Below are positions 1 to 10,177 of a stretch of 63,974 bases of DNA, piece by piece. The DNA comes from an uncultured Ruminococcus sp. (GTDB lineage Bacteria > Bacillota > Clostridia > Oscillospirales > Ruminococcaceae): contig CAMNAB010000001.1 of NCBI GenBank assembly GCA_946530355.1, positions 1-63,974 on the forward strand, written 5' to 3'. A program made the position numbers and the translations under genes. Below the pieces are notes generated by a model. That model saw only the letters and a list, made by a program, of their open reading frames with translations, was not told the origin of the DNA and did no database searches. The first letter of the stretch is position 1, and every line of letters begins with the position of its first letter.

Positions 1-37
1 AAAAACAGGATGCAGAGGGGATTTTTGCTGCCCGATA

Positions 38-3000
38 TCAGATCAGGCGTGCGATTTTCTTGAGAATTGTGATGGTGTCATTGGATTCGATCTTGCCGTT
101 CTCATCCATATCTGCATTGAGGAAGCCCTGTTCTGTGATGATGGCTTCTTTATCCTCTGCGCAGAACCGCGCAAGGAGCACTGCATCTGCAACGTCTACG
201 TCATCGTCACAGTTGACATCGCCCAGGAGTGTGACTTTCAGTTCCGGCGCTGCGGGCTGTTTGCTGAAATCTATCCAGAGCACGACCGCATCACTGCTCG
301 GTGCATATGCAGGTGCATCGGTATTCTGGGATGCAAGTTCTGCTTCGTTCAGCGCCTTGTTATAAACACGAACCGATGCAAATTCTGCTTCCGAAGAACG
401 TCCGGTGCTGGGGCATTTGCCGATCATCAAATCGAAATCAGATGCGCGAACGCCGCTTGTCGAGATGGATTTTTCTGCGAGCATTTTTCCGTCAGCATAG
501 ATGAGCAATTTGCCCGAAGCTGCGTCAAATACGCCTGCGACCTGATGCTGATGATACAGCCAGTTTGCCTTCATGGAATCGGGCATGGTGTAAGATACCA
601 TCTGCCATGCGCCGTCATAGATGAAGAAATCGAGCGAATTCGGGGTCGCACGGAGCGCAAAAGCATAATCGCCTTTGCCGAGGAACATGTTATAATCCGG
701 ATTGCCGGTCGGGATGACATTTGCTTCCAGCGTGAAGGAGCGCTTGCCGTTCGTGAGGGCATCGACCGCTGCACGATAGGGGATATCAATGCTGCCGACG
801 GCATATGTGCCGTTTTCGGTCTCTTTCAGGCGGGCGGTTTCTGCAATCGGGATCAGATAGCCGTGACTGCTCTGTTCCTGAATATAGGTATTGGTGCGGC
901 GGTAAGGCTTGGTATATTCATTCAGTTGACCGGCATTGCTGTCCTTATCTGCCGGAATGATCGTATATGTCCAAGCATAGATGCGGCTGCTGGGGAGCTG
1001 ATACTGCGGAAGTGTGCCCTGACCGCAGGTCGCACTTCCGGTACCCATAGAGCCGTAATCCAGACTCAGATAGGTCTGCTTGCGCGGATGCAGCTCATAA
1101 GGATGCTGTGCGTAATCGAAATCCTCCGGCATGAAGTGCAGTGCGCTGGCTTCTGCGGGTGTTTCTGCGGCGATCACCAGTCCATGCTGATGCTTTTCGC
1201 TCTGCACGGCGATCCATTTGACACCGGTGAGATTGCCCGTGTCATCGGCTTTCATATAAGGATAGAACATTTCCGAAACGGTGCTGTTCCAGATGCCGAG
1301 GCGACCGTTCGTTTTGCGGTCATTGAAGGTTTCCACAGGGCCGTTTCCGTACCATGTGACATTTTCGAAGCCGGCCGGCAGCGTCATGATCGAGCCGACA
1401 CGCAGGAAATTGCCGAGTCCGGATCTGGTTGCATCGACCTGCATGGAAACGGTTACTGCACCGGTTCCGTCGATCGTGTAGACCATTTGCACAGCGGTAT
1501 TGCCGGCATTCGGGAGTGTCAGATTGACGCGAATGATCGGATTGCCGTCCAGTTCATCGGTATCAATGCTGCTGACCTTCGCGCCGTTCATTGCGCCGCG
1601 CCATGCGGTATCAAACAGTTTGCGGGATGCATTTCCGCCGTCGTTTTCGACGTTTCCGCGCCAGAAATTCGGGGTGGGGCCGGATTCCAGCAGCGTTTCG
1701 CCTTCATAGGAATAGGATGTAATCAAGCCGGTGGAACGGGAGATCGCCAGCTTGAAATTCTTGCCGGAGACAGTCAGATCGCTGCCCGCATTTTCCGTTG
1801 CGATCTCCGAAGGATTGTTTTGCGGCGTATATTTCGGAGCAGCCGCAGGAACGGAGAACTGACCGTAAGAAAGCTCTGTGCCGGCAGGAACCATATCGGT
1901 GCCGTCTTTTGCCGCAACCGATACATTCAACTGGAATTCATCGCCGGCAGAGATGGCAGAAGGCATTGTGAACGGCACACGGATCGTGCCGCGGGTCAGC
2001 GGAGCGACATCGAGTTCTTCTGCATCGCCGCTGCTGATGACCTGACCGTTTTTCAGCAATTCCCATGTAACCTGAAATTCATTCAGATTCGCAAAATTAT
2101 TCTCATTATAAACCGAGACAACCCGGTTTGCGATCTGTTCTGCATCAGCGGAGAACCAGAAATTCTGATACTGATATTTGACCTCTGCAAGCTCCGGCTG
2201 CGGGGTTCTGTCCGGGCTGACCAGACCGTTTTCACAGAAGCTGTTGTCATTCGGTCTGTCGCCCCAGTCGCCGCCGTATGCAAAATAACAACCCTTGGAT
2301 TCATCCGCATACAGGTTCTTATGGGCATAATCCTGTGCGTAATAATCCCAAACGCCGTCTGTGGTTTCGGTGACTTCGGTGTTATAATCCAGCCAGATCA
2401 AAACGGCGTTATCTGCGGGCGAAATGGCAGGTGTTTCGGAATATTGTGCCTGAAGCTCTGCTGAGGAGAGTGCCTTGTTATAGATCCGGGCGACCGAAAT
2501 CGAACCGTCAAAGCGTCTGCCTGTCTCTGCGTCATATCCGATGCCGATGGGCTGAGAGCCGGAAGCAATATTGTCCGGTGCGGTATCCGTACCAAGCAGC
2601 TTGCCGTCTACATACAAAGAAAGCGTGCCGCGGTCATATACACCGGCGACCTGATGCCAGTTGCCGACCCAGTTTGCAGGCAAAGCACCGGAAACGGCAT
2701 GCCAGCCGCTGCTGTAAGTGAAGAATTCCAGTCCGCCGCCGTTGCTCTGTGTTTTGAGGGCAGCCTGTGTATCACCGATGGAGATGAGCACATTGTTTGC
2801 ATTGGTATTATTCGGTTTGACGATCGCTTCAAAGGTGAAGGATTTGCCGGAGCCGCTGAGTGCACTGCGGCAGGCATTGGATGTATCCATGATCGTATAG
2901 CCGCTGAATGCATGACCGCCGTTCAATGTGCCGGCACCTGCATTATGGTCAAACGAGGTGCTGCTGCCGTATGCGGAACCTGCCGTGCCTTTTGCATCTG

Positions 3001-5005
3001 TGATCTCATAGACCGTTGAGCCGGAACCGAGCGTATTCAGCGGCACGGCACGGGATTGGTCAGCCCAGTCCCAGATGAATCCACCGAGCATGTTGTCTGC
3101 GCTGCGGATATTGTCCCAGTATTCCTTCAAAGCGCCGACGGAATTGCCCATTGCGTGGTCATATTCGCACATAACATAAGGCATTTTGCCATAGCCTGCC
3201 TTGCCGCGGATATCACCGGAACCCGGATACATGCTGCTGTCCATATCCACGCCCATTGCGCTGCCCTGACCTTCACTGTGCACCGGTCTGGAGCTGTCAT
3301 GCTGCTTGAAGTACCAGATCATATCCCGGAACATGCCGTTTGCAGCATTGGGATCGCCGGTGTACGCCATTTCATTGCCGATGCTCCATGCAACGATGGC
3401 AGGATTATTTTTCAGGCGGGCGAAAGCAGTTTCTGTTCTGTCCATAGCCAGCGCATAGAACAGCCCTTTGCTCTTGTGGTCGTTCATCAGAGCGTGCGCT
3501 TCCATATTGGTTTCTGCCATCATATAAAGACCATACTGATTGCAGAGCCAGTAGAGATAAGAGTCATTGCTGTAATGCGAAGTACGGATTGCATTGACAT
3601 TATTCTGCTTCATCAGGCGCACATCTTCTTCCATGCAAGTCTGCGTGACCGCTTTGCCGTGGAACGGATCCGTATCGTGGCGGTTGACACCCTTGAGCAG
3701 CAGACGTTTGCCGTTGATCGTGATAGGCTGCCAGTTTTTCGTCGTGACCTGATAATTCTGATTGACTTCTGCGCGCGTAAATCCGATCTCGCGGAAGCCG
3801 AGCTGTGTGGAAAGCGTTTCTGCAATATTGCCTGCTTCATCCTGCAATGTCAGAACCAATGCATAGAGATTGGGGTGTTCTGCCGACCAGAGTGCAGGGG
3901 AGAGGATCTCCTTTGAGAAATTCAGAGAAGCCGTTTTGCCGGAGCCGATCTCCGAGACTGAGATATATTGTTCCGGTGTCAGATTATTGCCGGCTCTGTC
4001 CAGCACATCCACTTTGACGCGCCATCCGTTTCCGGCTGCTGCCGATGCCAGATTGCGCACATCGACCTGCAAGCCGAGCGTCGCATTCTGATAATTGTCG
4101 TCCAGATCGGTATGCACGGTATAATCGGAGATCTGGACAAGCGGGCGGCTTGTGAGGTAAACATCACGGAAAATACCGCCGTCATAGATCATATCCTGAC
4201 CTTCAAACCATGTGCCGTCGCAGAATTTGTGCACCTCAACAGCAAGCAGATTCTCGCCTTCCTGCAAGTAATCGGTGATATCAAAGCGGTGCGGGCTGAA
4301 TGTATCTTCGCTGTAGCCGACTTCATGGCCGTTTACATAAACATAATATGCAGATTCCACGCCGTCCAGATTCAGGATAATGCGTCTGTGATCGGCGGTC
4401 ATTTCCGGGGTCAGCGTGAAGTGTTTGCGGTAAAGACCGACCGGATTATAGTTTGTCGGGGCATGCGGAACGGATACATTGCCGTCATAAGCGCTTTGCC
4501 ACGGCATGATGACATTTGCATAGATGGGGAAATCGAAGCCGGAGCATGTCCAGCTATTGGGCACCTGAACCGATTTCCAGCCGTCCGCAGGATTGCAGGA
4601 ATAATCCGGCTTCATGGCACCCGATTGCAGCAGCGGCTGCGCAGCCTGTGCATTCTGCACGACCGTCAGATCCCATGGCTCATTTTCGCCGGTCAGGAGC
4701 TGCATATAGGCGGAATCGTTCCGGGCGTTGTAATCCCAGACGGCATTTGCGGCTGCTTCTGTATTCTGATAAGGGATGATGCAAAGACCAGCCGGTTCTC
4801 TGTTGACTGCAAATACATTTTCTGTACCGGAATTACCTGTCCATTCATCATGCCGGAATTTTGCGGCAGAGACATCTGCGCGGTTTGCCGGAGTCAGACC
4901 CGTGACGGCAGCATGTGCTGTCTGTGCAGGCAGCGTCAGCGGAACGGCGCTGAGCATGATCGCTGCGGAGACTGCGGCTGCACTGATTCTTTTTACTGTT
5001 TTCAT
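38..5005 (-). CDS. Secreted GH2 (LacZ-type) beta-galactosidase, 1655 aa, with two LamG/concanavalin-like modules and a C-terminal type-I dockerin
   Basis: Signal peptide MKTVKRISAAAVSAAIMLSAVPLTLPAQTAHA. GH2 motifs VNRHD, WSIGNEM (acid/base) and MCEYDHAMGNS (nucleophile, cf. LacZ CEYAHAMGN). Two LamG-like modules (LSLYVDGK...ARIYNKALS and LLIYADGK...VRVYNKALN). Terminal duplicated dockerin segments GDVNCDDDVDVADAVLL and ADMDENGKIESNDTITILK. Confidence 0.88.
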   Translation of the reverse strand: MKTVKRISAAAVSAAIMLSAVPLTLPAQTAHAAVTGLTPANRADVSAAKFRHDEWTGNSGTENVFAVNREPAGLCIIPYQNTEAAANAVWDYNARNDSAYMQLLTGENEPWDLTVVQNAQAAQPLLQSGAMKPDYSCNPADGWKSVQVPNSWTCSGFDFPIYANVIMPWQSAYDGNVSVPHAPTNYNPVGLYRKHFTLTPEMTADHRRIILNLDGVESAYYVYVNGHEVGYSEDTFSPHRFDITDYLQEGENLLAVEVHKFCDGTWFEGQDMIYDGGIFRDVYLTSRPLVQISDYTVHTDLDDNYQNATLGLQVDVRNLASAAAGNGWRVKVDVLDRAGNNLTPEQYISVSEIGSGKTASLNFSKEILSPALWSAEHPNLYALVLTLQDEAGNIAETLSTQLGFREIGFTRAEVNQNYQVTTKNWQPITINGKRLLLKGVNRHDTDPFHGKAVTQTCMEEDVRLMKQNNVNAIRTSHYSNDSYLYWLCNQYGLYMMAETNMEAHALMNDHKSKGLFYALAMDRTETAFARLKNNPAIVAWSIGNEMAYTGDPNAANGMFRDMIWYFKQHDSSRPVHSEGQGSAMGVDMDSSMYPGSGDIRGKAGYGKMPYVMCEYDHAMGNSVGALKEYWDNIRSADNMLGGFIWDWADQSRAVPLNTLGSGSTVYEITDAKGTAGSAYGSSTSFDHNAGAGTLNGGHAFSGYTIMDTSNACRSALSGSGKSFTFEAIVKPNNTNANNVLISIGDTQAALKTQSNGGGLEFFTYSSGWHAVSGALPANWVGNWHQVAGVYDRGTLSLYVDGKLLGTDTAPDNIASGSQPIGIGYDAETGRRFDGSISVARIYNKALSSAELQAQYSETPAISPADNAVLIWLDYNTEVTETTDGVWDYYAQDYAHKNLYADESKGCYFAYGGDWGDRPNDNSFCENGLVSPDRTPQPELAEVKYQYQNFWFSADAEQIANRVVSVYNENNFANLNEFQVTWELLKNGQVISSGDAEELDVAPLTRGTIRVPFTMPSAISAGDEFQLNVSVAAKDGTDMVPAGTELSYGQFSVPAAAPKYTPQNNPSEIATENAGSDLTVSGKNFKLAISRSTGLITSYSYEGETLLESGPTPNFWRGNVENDGGNASRKLFDTAWRGAMNGAKVSSIDTDELDGNPIIRVNLTLPNAGNTAVQMVYTIDGTGAVTVSMQVDATRSGLGNFLRVGSIMTLPAGFENVTWYGNGPVETFNDRKTNGRLGIWNSTVSEMFYPYMKADDTGNLTGVKWIAVQSEKHQHGLVIAAETPAEASALHFMPEDFDYAQHPYELHPRKQTYLSLDYGSMGTGSATCGQGTLPQYQLPSSRIYAWTYTIIPADKDSNAGQLNEYTKPYRRTNTYIQEQSSHGYLIPIAETARLKETENGTYAVGSIDIPYRAAVDALTNGKRSFTLEANVIPTGNPDYNMFLGKGDYAFALRATPNSLDFFIYDGAWQMVSYTMPDSMKANWLYHQHQVAGVFDAASGKLLIYADGKMLAEKSISTSGVRASDFDLMIGKCPSTGRSSEAEFASVRVYNKALNEAELASQNTDAPAYAPSSDAVVLWIDFSKQPAAPELKVTLLGDVNCDDDVDVADAVLLARFCAEDKEAIITEQGFLNADMDENGKIESNDTITILKKIARLI

Positions 5006-5033
5006 ATTTTACCCCTCATTTCTTTGTTTTCGG

Positions 5034-7928
5034 TTATGATGCAGGAAAGCTGTCGATTCTGCCGAGCAGATATTGCAGATGCAGCGCGGCATCTTCTTCA
5101 TCCAGAATACCGTCTGCATTGAGATCGGCAGATTCCGGGATATCGGGTTCCTCATCGTTCAGGATGCAGGATTTCAGCACGGAGAGATCGCGTGCGTCGA
5201 TTTGTCCGTCCGCGTTGACATCGCCGGGCAGATACGGCACAGAAAAGCCGGACTGCGGGTTCAGGAGTTTCCACCATGCCACATTGAACAGATATCCCTC
5301 GCCGCCCTTGAAGACGAAATACAGATCATGGACACCGCTGGTTTTCTGGATCTCTGCACGCTGGGTATTCCATGTCTGCCATCCGCCCGTGGATGCCACA
5401 TCCAGTGTGCCGATCAGTTTGCCGTCCGGTGCATCCAGACGGATCTCAAGCGCAGAACCGCCTGCATTTGCGCCGATGCGGAAATCAACAGCATATGCAT
5501 CGGTGCCGAAATCGACATTTTCAAAGCCGATGTAATCGCCGTTTTCGATATATGCGACATCATTGCCGCCCTCACTGCAATTCTCTGTCTGGATACCGGA
5601 TTGTACGGAATAAGAGGAAGCCGGCACACCTGCGGCAGTCCCGCTGACCCGGAGCAGATGCGCGGAGCTGCTGAGCACATTGCCGCTGCGGTCTGTGACG
5701 AAAATGCGGTATTCGCCTTCCTCGGAAGGTGTTTTGATCTTCGTTGCCTTGCCGTTAGCCTTTGTAACAGAGGCACTCGTCTTGAATACGGTGGTGTTTG
5801 CCGGAGCGATCCAGACGGTTTTGCCTGCACCGGCAGAACGGATTGGCAGCGATGTTTCGCAAGCGGTCGCGCAGCTTGCCGGGAACACATAATCGGCATC
5901 CGTCATCAAAGAATCCGGCAGAATGGATTTGAAGGCATCCTGCAAGCCGGAGTGCAGGCAGATCTCATATTGTGCCTGCGGCCAGACATTATCGGAAACC
6001 ACGATCGGGTCATCAATGCGGGAATCCGGCGGATTGACACCCATTTTCCGCACGGTCGCGTATGTGCGCAGGATGGTCAGGTGATGTTTCTGCCCGTAAT
6101 CCTCACAGTTGATGGTATATGTGACATCCGGGCTGATCTCCAGCACATTGTCATTTTCTTCGATATATGCCGTGCCCTCGTCATTGTGCAGACCGTAAGT
6201 CGGCTGATAGGGTGCAGCAGCGGGGATGCCCTGCACATAGTTTTCGTTGATGACCGTACCCGGCATCTGACCGATGGTATAAATGCCGCCGCTGTCGTGC
6301 AGACGATTCAGCGAACGGATGACGCGGTTATAACAGATCTTGTTATTGCGGCAGGTTTCGGAATCCTTAAAATTACACCAGCCCCAGCCGAGATGGATGC
6401 CGTTATAAGCTGTTTTTTCGATCTGATTGCGCAGCACGCTGACGGTATCTGCATAATAAACAGTGATGGCTGCGCAGCCGCCGAAGCCGTGCACCACGCT
6501 GATATCATAAAGCAGATTGTCGGAGATGACATCATTTTTGCAGATGCCTTCGATGCCGGCAGGGAAGCGCTCCCGATTGGAACCGTTGCCGTCGCCGATA
6601 TAGATATGCTGCGGGTGTCCGACCGTAATGCCGGATGAAGTGATATCCGTGATATAGTTTCCGGAGACGGTGCTGTCAATGACATCATTCGTCATGGAAA
6701 TACCGTCAGAGCCGCTGTGCTTGACCGTATTGCCGGTCAGGGAAACGGATTCTGCATTGGTAATATGGATCATAGCAGGGAGCGTATCGACCATTTCATA
6801 TTTTTTGCTGTGCCAGTTGGAATCCGCAAAAGCGGTATAGGTCTGGGCAGCCTGACAGGTCGTTTTGCCGTGTGAGCCTGCGACATCGGTGAGCTGATAT
6901 TCTGTATGTGCAAATGTGATGCCGCTGAATGCAATATCATGGATGCGGTTTGCGGTGGATTCGCCGTGCAGCACCACGAGCTGTTCTGCGATCGGTGCTT
7001 CGACATCGGCTGTATCCATATTTTCGGATGCATAGGGATAATAATAGAGCATCTGTGCTGCTTTATCAAAGAAGAATTCGCCGGGTGAATCCACAAAAGC
7101 GAATGCATTATATAATGTATGCGTACCGCCGGTGGAGAAACCTGCGCCCCAGCCGGGGGTCTGTGCGATGGAACCATATGGCTGCTGCATCAACAGCACG
7201 AAATTGCCGCCGTCATATTTGACATCGCGGGCGCACACGATGTTTTCATTCCATGTTGTGCCGTTGACCACTTCAAGACAATCGGCATTTTCGGTGATGC
7301 GGGGCAGGTCATTCGCGGAATACTTGATGCCGTCGCTTTTGATGCCGGAATCCCAAGCCCAGTCTGCCTGTCCTGCGGTGATGCGGTATTCGCCGTAACC
7401 GCCTTTCGCCTGCACGGTTTTGCTGCCCATATTGGCACGGTGGTCATTGACATACAGATTGCGCAGCTTGACATCGCGGGAAAGCGGCGCGGCATAGAGC
7501 GTGTCGTTATATTTTTGCCAGCCTGTGATCTGCGCGGCACCGCTGATGACAGGTTCTTCGTCTTCATAAGCCTGATAAATGACCTTGAAGCCGTTTTTGC
7601 CGGAGTCGCCGACATCAAAGACGACCGGCTCCGTTTGCCGGTAGATCCCGCCGCGGAGATTTACGACAATATCACCGTTCATATTGTCGCTGCATTGTCT
7701 CACGGCATCTCTTGCGCCTGCGAGTGTGCGCAGCGGCGCTTCCAGTGTGCCCGGATTGGCATCATCGCCGTCGGGCGAGACATAGAATGAGGCGAACGGC
7801 GTTTCTGCTGCTGCATAAACAGGCAGAGCAGCGTATTCGCCTGCCGGGGCGGCTGCGCATAGGATTGCGCAGACTGCTGCGGCTGTTCGTTTCAGCCGTT
7901 TCCAGCAGATTTGTTCTCTTTTTCTCAT
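5034..7928 (-). CDS. Secreted right-handed beta-helix (pectate-lyase fold) carbohydrate-active enzyme of uncertain family, with CBM6/35-like module and type-I dockerin
   Basis: Start moved to ATG 7928 (MRKREQ..., RBS AGGGGG upstream; the track start 8003 lacks an RBS). Signal peptide. FYVSPDGDDANPGTLEAPLRTLAGARDAV beta-helix N-cap motif and repetitive G/N/I-rich coils. CBM6-like segment (ENGDYIGFENVDF...GGWQTW...LYFVFKG). Dockerin GDVNADGQIDARDLSVLK...DLNADGILDEEDAALHLQYLL. Only 28 bp separate it from the GH2 gene. Confidence 0.75.
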   Translation of the reverse strand: MRKREQICWKRLKRTAAAVCAILCAAAPAGEYAALPVYAAAETPFASFYVSPDGDDANPGTLEAPLRTLAGARDAVRQCSDNMNGDIVVNLRGGIYRQTEPVVFDVGDSGKNGFKVIYQAYEDEEPVISGAAQITGWQKYNDTLYAAPLSRDVKLRNLYVNDHRANMGSKTVQAKGGYGEYRITAGQADWAWDSGIKSDGIKYSANDLPRITENADCLEVVNGTTWNENIVCARDVKYDGGNFVLLMQQPYGSIAQTPGWGAGFSTGGTHTLYNAFAFVDSPGEFFFDKAAQMLYYYPYASENMDTADVEAPIAEQLVVLHGESTANRIHDIAFSGITFAHTEYQLTDVAGSHGKTTCQAAQTYTAFADSNWHSKKYEMVDTLPAMIHITNAESVSLTGNTVKHSGSDGISMTNDVIDSTVSGNYITDITSSGITVGHPQHIYIGDGNGSNRERFPAGIEGICKNDVISDNLLYDISVVHGFGGCAAITVYYADTVSVLRNQIEKTAYNGIHLGWGWCNFKDSETCRNNKICYNRVIRSLNRLHDSGGIYTIGQMPGTVINENYVQGIPAAAPYQPTYGLHNDEGTAYIEENDNVLEISPDVTYTINCEDYGQKHHLTILRTYATVRKMGVNPPDSRIDDPIVVSDNVWPQAQYEICLHSGLQDAFKSILPDSLMTDADYVFPASCATACETSLPIRSAGAGKTVWIAPANTTVFKTSASVTKANGKATKIKTPSEEGEYRIFVTDRSGNVLSSSAHLLRVSGTAAGVPASSYSVQSGIQTENCSEGGNDVAYIENGDYIGFENVDFGTDAYAVDFRIGANAGGSALEIRLDAPDGKLIGTLDVASTGGWQTWNTQRAEIQKTSGVHDLYFVFKGGEGYLFNVAWWKLLNPQSGFSVPYLPGDVNADGQIDARDLSVLKSCILNDEEPDIPESADLNADGILDEEDAALHLQYLLGRIDSFPAS

Positions 7929-8183
7929 CAGGAAATTCCCCCTATTAAGGTTGCCGGATTGCCGGTATATTTGATATACGGATATACAAATCCAATATAC
8001 CAATTGTATTATATCAGAATCATATCACAATAACAATAGCAAAAGAACAGAATTAAAGTACAAAATGAAGATAGTTTATGTGGAATATGCATGCCCTTTG
8101 CACAGAATATGGAGATTTTGACGATTTGGTGTAAAGAAAACGCAATATGCATCATAATAGCAAATAAATACCGAAAATGATGA

Positions 8184-8212
8184 TTGACATTAAAAAATTT
8201 TTTCTGTATAAT
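8184..8212 (+). promoter_or_regulatory. Sigma-70/SigA-type promoter (TTGACA-17-TATAAT)
   Basis: ttgaca at 8184-8189, 17-nt spacer, tataat at 8207-8212, about 45 nt upstream of the ATG at 8257, in an AT-rich intergenic region. Confidence 0.55.
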
Positions 8213-8256
8213 AAAGAAAGCAGCTGCAAAATGAAGCAAAAGGAGCCTCAGAATCT

Positions 8257-9252
8257 ATGAATCAAAAGGAACTGCATACACGAATCGCAGAAAGCGTGAA
8301 CAATGAAAGCAATATTTGCCAGATCTGTGCGTTTCGTGACGGAGAACCGGTCTATCAGGACAATTGGCACGGGTTTGAGCATGACAGTGCCATGAATGTC
8401 ATGTCGGTGACAAAGGGCATCATGGCGCTGCTGTTCGGGATCGCAGCGGATCAGGGCTATATCAGTGATCCATCGGAGAAAGTGCTCACGTTCTTTCCGG
8501 ATTATACCGTCAAACGCGGTGAAAAAACCATCTATGATGTGACGCTGGCGCATCTGCTGACCATGACCGCACCCTATAAATACCGTTCGGAGCCATGGAA
8601 GAAGGTCTGTACCTCGGATGACTGGACAAAAGCTGCACTGGATCTGCTCGGCGGCAGAGCCGGCATCACAGGCGCATTCAAATATGCCACGCTCGGCATC
8701 CAGATCCTTGCGGGTGTGATCGAACAGGCTTCCGGCATGAAGTGCATAGATCTTGCCAATCAATATCTGTTTGCGCCGCTGGATATTCCGGCGAGTGTGC
8801 TGCACGGAGACAGCAGCAAAGAAGATCAGTTCGATTTCCTGATGAATAAACAGCCGCGAAAGCATGAATGGTATTCCGATCCGGCAGGAAGGGTCACGGC
8901 AGGCTGGGGCTTGACGCTCTCGGCAACGGATATGGCGAAGATCGGCTGGATGCTGCTCAATGACGGCAGTTATCACGGAAAACAGATTCTCTCGAAAGCA
9001 TGGATCACCAAAATGACAGCACCCTTGCAGCAACTGGACGAGCGCTTCGGAAACCTCTATTATGGATATCTCTGGTATCGACCGGATCCGGAAAAGCCCG
9101 TATTTGCTGCGATCGGAGATTCCGGAAACATCATCTATGCAAATCAGGAGAAGCGGATATCGGTCGGTATTACCGGTACATTCAAACCGCGTATTTATGA
9201 CCGGATCGCATTCATTGAGCAGCAGGTGCTGCCGATGATCGAACAGATGTAA
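8257..9252 (+). CDS. Serine hydrolase, beta-lactamase/PBP (class C-like) family
   Basis: ATG with AAGGAG RBS. SxxK active-site motif SVTKG near the N-terminus. Length and pattern typical of beta-lactamase-related serine hydrolases. Confidence 0.75.
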   Translation: MNQKELHTRIAESVNNESNICQICAFRDGEPVYQDNWHGFEHDSAMNVMSVTKGIMALLFGIAADQGYISDPSEKVLTFFPDYTVKRGEKTIYDVTLAHLLTMTAPYKYRSEPWKKVCTSDDWTKAALDLLGGRAGITGAFKYATLGIQILAGVIEQASGMKCIDLANQYLFAPLDIPASVLHGDSSKEDQFDFLMNKQPRKHEWYSDPAGRVTAGWGLTLSATDMAKIGWMLLNDGSYHGKQILSKAWITKMTAPLQQLDERFGNLYYGYLWYRPDPEKPVFAAIGDSGNIIYANQEKRISVGITGTFKPRIYDRIAFIEQQVLPMIEQM

Positions 9253-9272
9253 CATGAGAAAGGAGCAAAAAC

Positions 9273-10130
9273 GTGAAACAATGTGACCTCCATACCCATT
9301 CCAATTGTTCGGATGGGTCTTATACGCCTGCGGAGTTGGTGCGGGCAGCAGATGCGATCGGGCTGACTGCCATTGCACTGACCGATCACAACACCACAAA
9401 AGGACTGCGGGCGTTTCTGGATGCCGGTTTGCACAGCAATGTGCAGACTGTTGCGGGCTGTGAATTCTCCACGGATTATCAGGGCAGGGAATTGCATATT
9501 GTCGGGCTGTTTTTGCCGGAAGATGCATGGGATCAGGTGGAAGTGTTTGTTTCACAGCTCCAGACTGCCAAGCGGGAGAGCAATTTGCAGCTCATCGCCA
9601 ATCTACAAGCTGCCGGTTATCAGTTGACATTTGCGGAAGTGGCTGCCACAACCGATGCAGATGCATTCAATCGGGCACATGTTGCGCAGGTACTGTGTGC
9701 AAAGGGATATGTCAGCAGCGTGAAGGAAGCCTTTCAGACCATTCTGCGGGAAGAGCAGGGATATTATATCCCGCCGAAGCGTCCCGATGCGTTTGCTGCG
9801 GTACGGTTCATCAGGTCGATCGGTGGAGCAGCCGTGCTTGCACATCCGTTTCTGAATCTGGATACAGAAGGTTTGATGCAGTTTTTACCGGAAGCAAAGG
9901 AAAACGGACTGGATGCCGTGGAAGTGTATTACACAGAATTCGATGAAACGATGACAGCGGAGATCAAACAAATCGCCGCCCGATTCGGTTTGCTCGAATC
10001 AGGCGGCTCGGATTTTCACGGGACTGCCAAACCGGATATTGCGCTGGGGAAGGGCAGGGGAACGCTTTTTGTTCCGGATGCCTGCTATAAAAAACTGCGG
10101 GAAAGAGCAGCCGGTTCCGTTATAAAATAA
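9273..10130 (+). CDS. PHP-domain metal-dependent phosphoesterase (TrpH/YciV-like)
   Basis: GTG start 7 nt after AAAGGAG. N-terminal CDLHTHSNCSDGSYTPAELV and later TDHNT, AHP and GGSDFHG motifs typical of the PHP family. Confidence 0.8.
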   Translation: MKQCDLHTHSNCSDGSYTPAELVRAADAIGLTAIALTDHNTTKGLRAFLDAGLHSNVQTVAGCEFSTDYQGRELHIVGLFLPEDAWDQVEVFVSQLQTAKRESNLQLIANLQAAGYQLTFAEVAATTDADAFNRAHVAQVLCAKGYVSSVKEAFQTILREEQGYYIPPKRPDAFAAVRFIRSIGGAAVLAHPFLNLDTEGLMQFLPEAKENGLDAVEVYYTEFDETMTAEIKQIAARFGLLESGGSDFHGTAKPDIALGKGRGTLFVPDACYKKLRERAAGSVIK

Positions 10131-10136
10131 GCAGAA

Positions 10137-10174
10137 AACAGCCTGACCGTTCAGAAATCAGCGGTCAGGCTGTT
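10137..10174. terminator. Hairpin terminator between convergent genes
   Basis: AACAGCCTGACCG / CGGTCAGGCTGTT 13-bp stem with an 11-12 nt loop. T-rich run on the minus-strand side (TTTCTGCTTATTTTAT). Confidence 0.6.
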
Positions 10175-10177
10175 GAT

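Noticed and set aside
545-5122. Long plus-strand ORFs (545-2464, 3056-3916, 3968-5122) antisense to the GH2 gene
   Set aside because: Their composition is Cys/Arg/His/Ile-rich and lacks motifs or RBSs. They lie entirely inside a minus-strand ORF that has intact GH2 catalytic motifs, a signal peptide and a dockerin. These are typical shadow ORFs of GC-rich coding sequence.
5073-7790. Plus-strand ORFs 5073-6638 and 7119-7790, antisense to the beta-helix/dockerin gene
   Set aside because: For the same reason these are shadow ORFs: no RBS, aberrant composition, and the opposite strand encodes a coherent modular secreted protein.
8248-9555. 435-aa minus-strand ORF spanning the beta-lactamase-like and PHP genes
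   Set aside because: It crosses two well-supported plus-strand genes and their intergenic RBS. Its sequence is Cys/His/Arg-rich with no recognisable domain.
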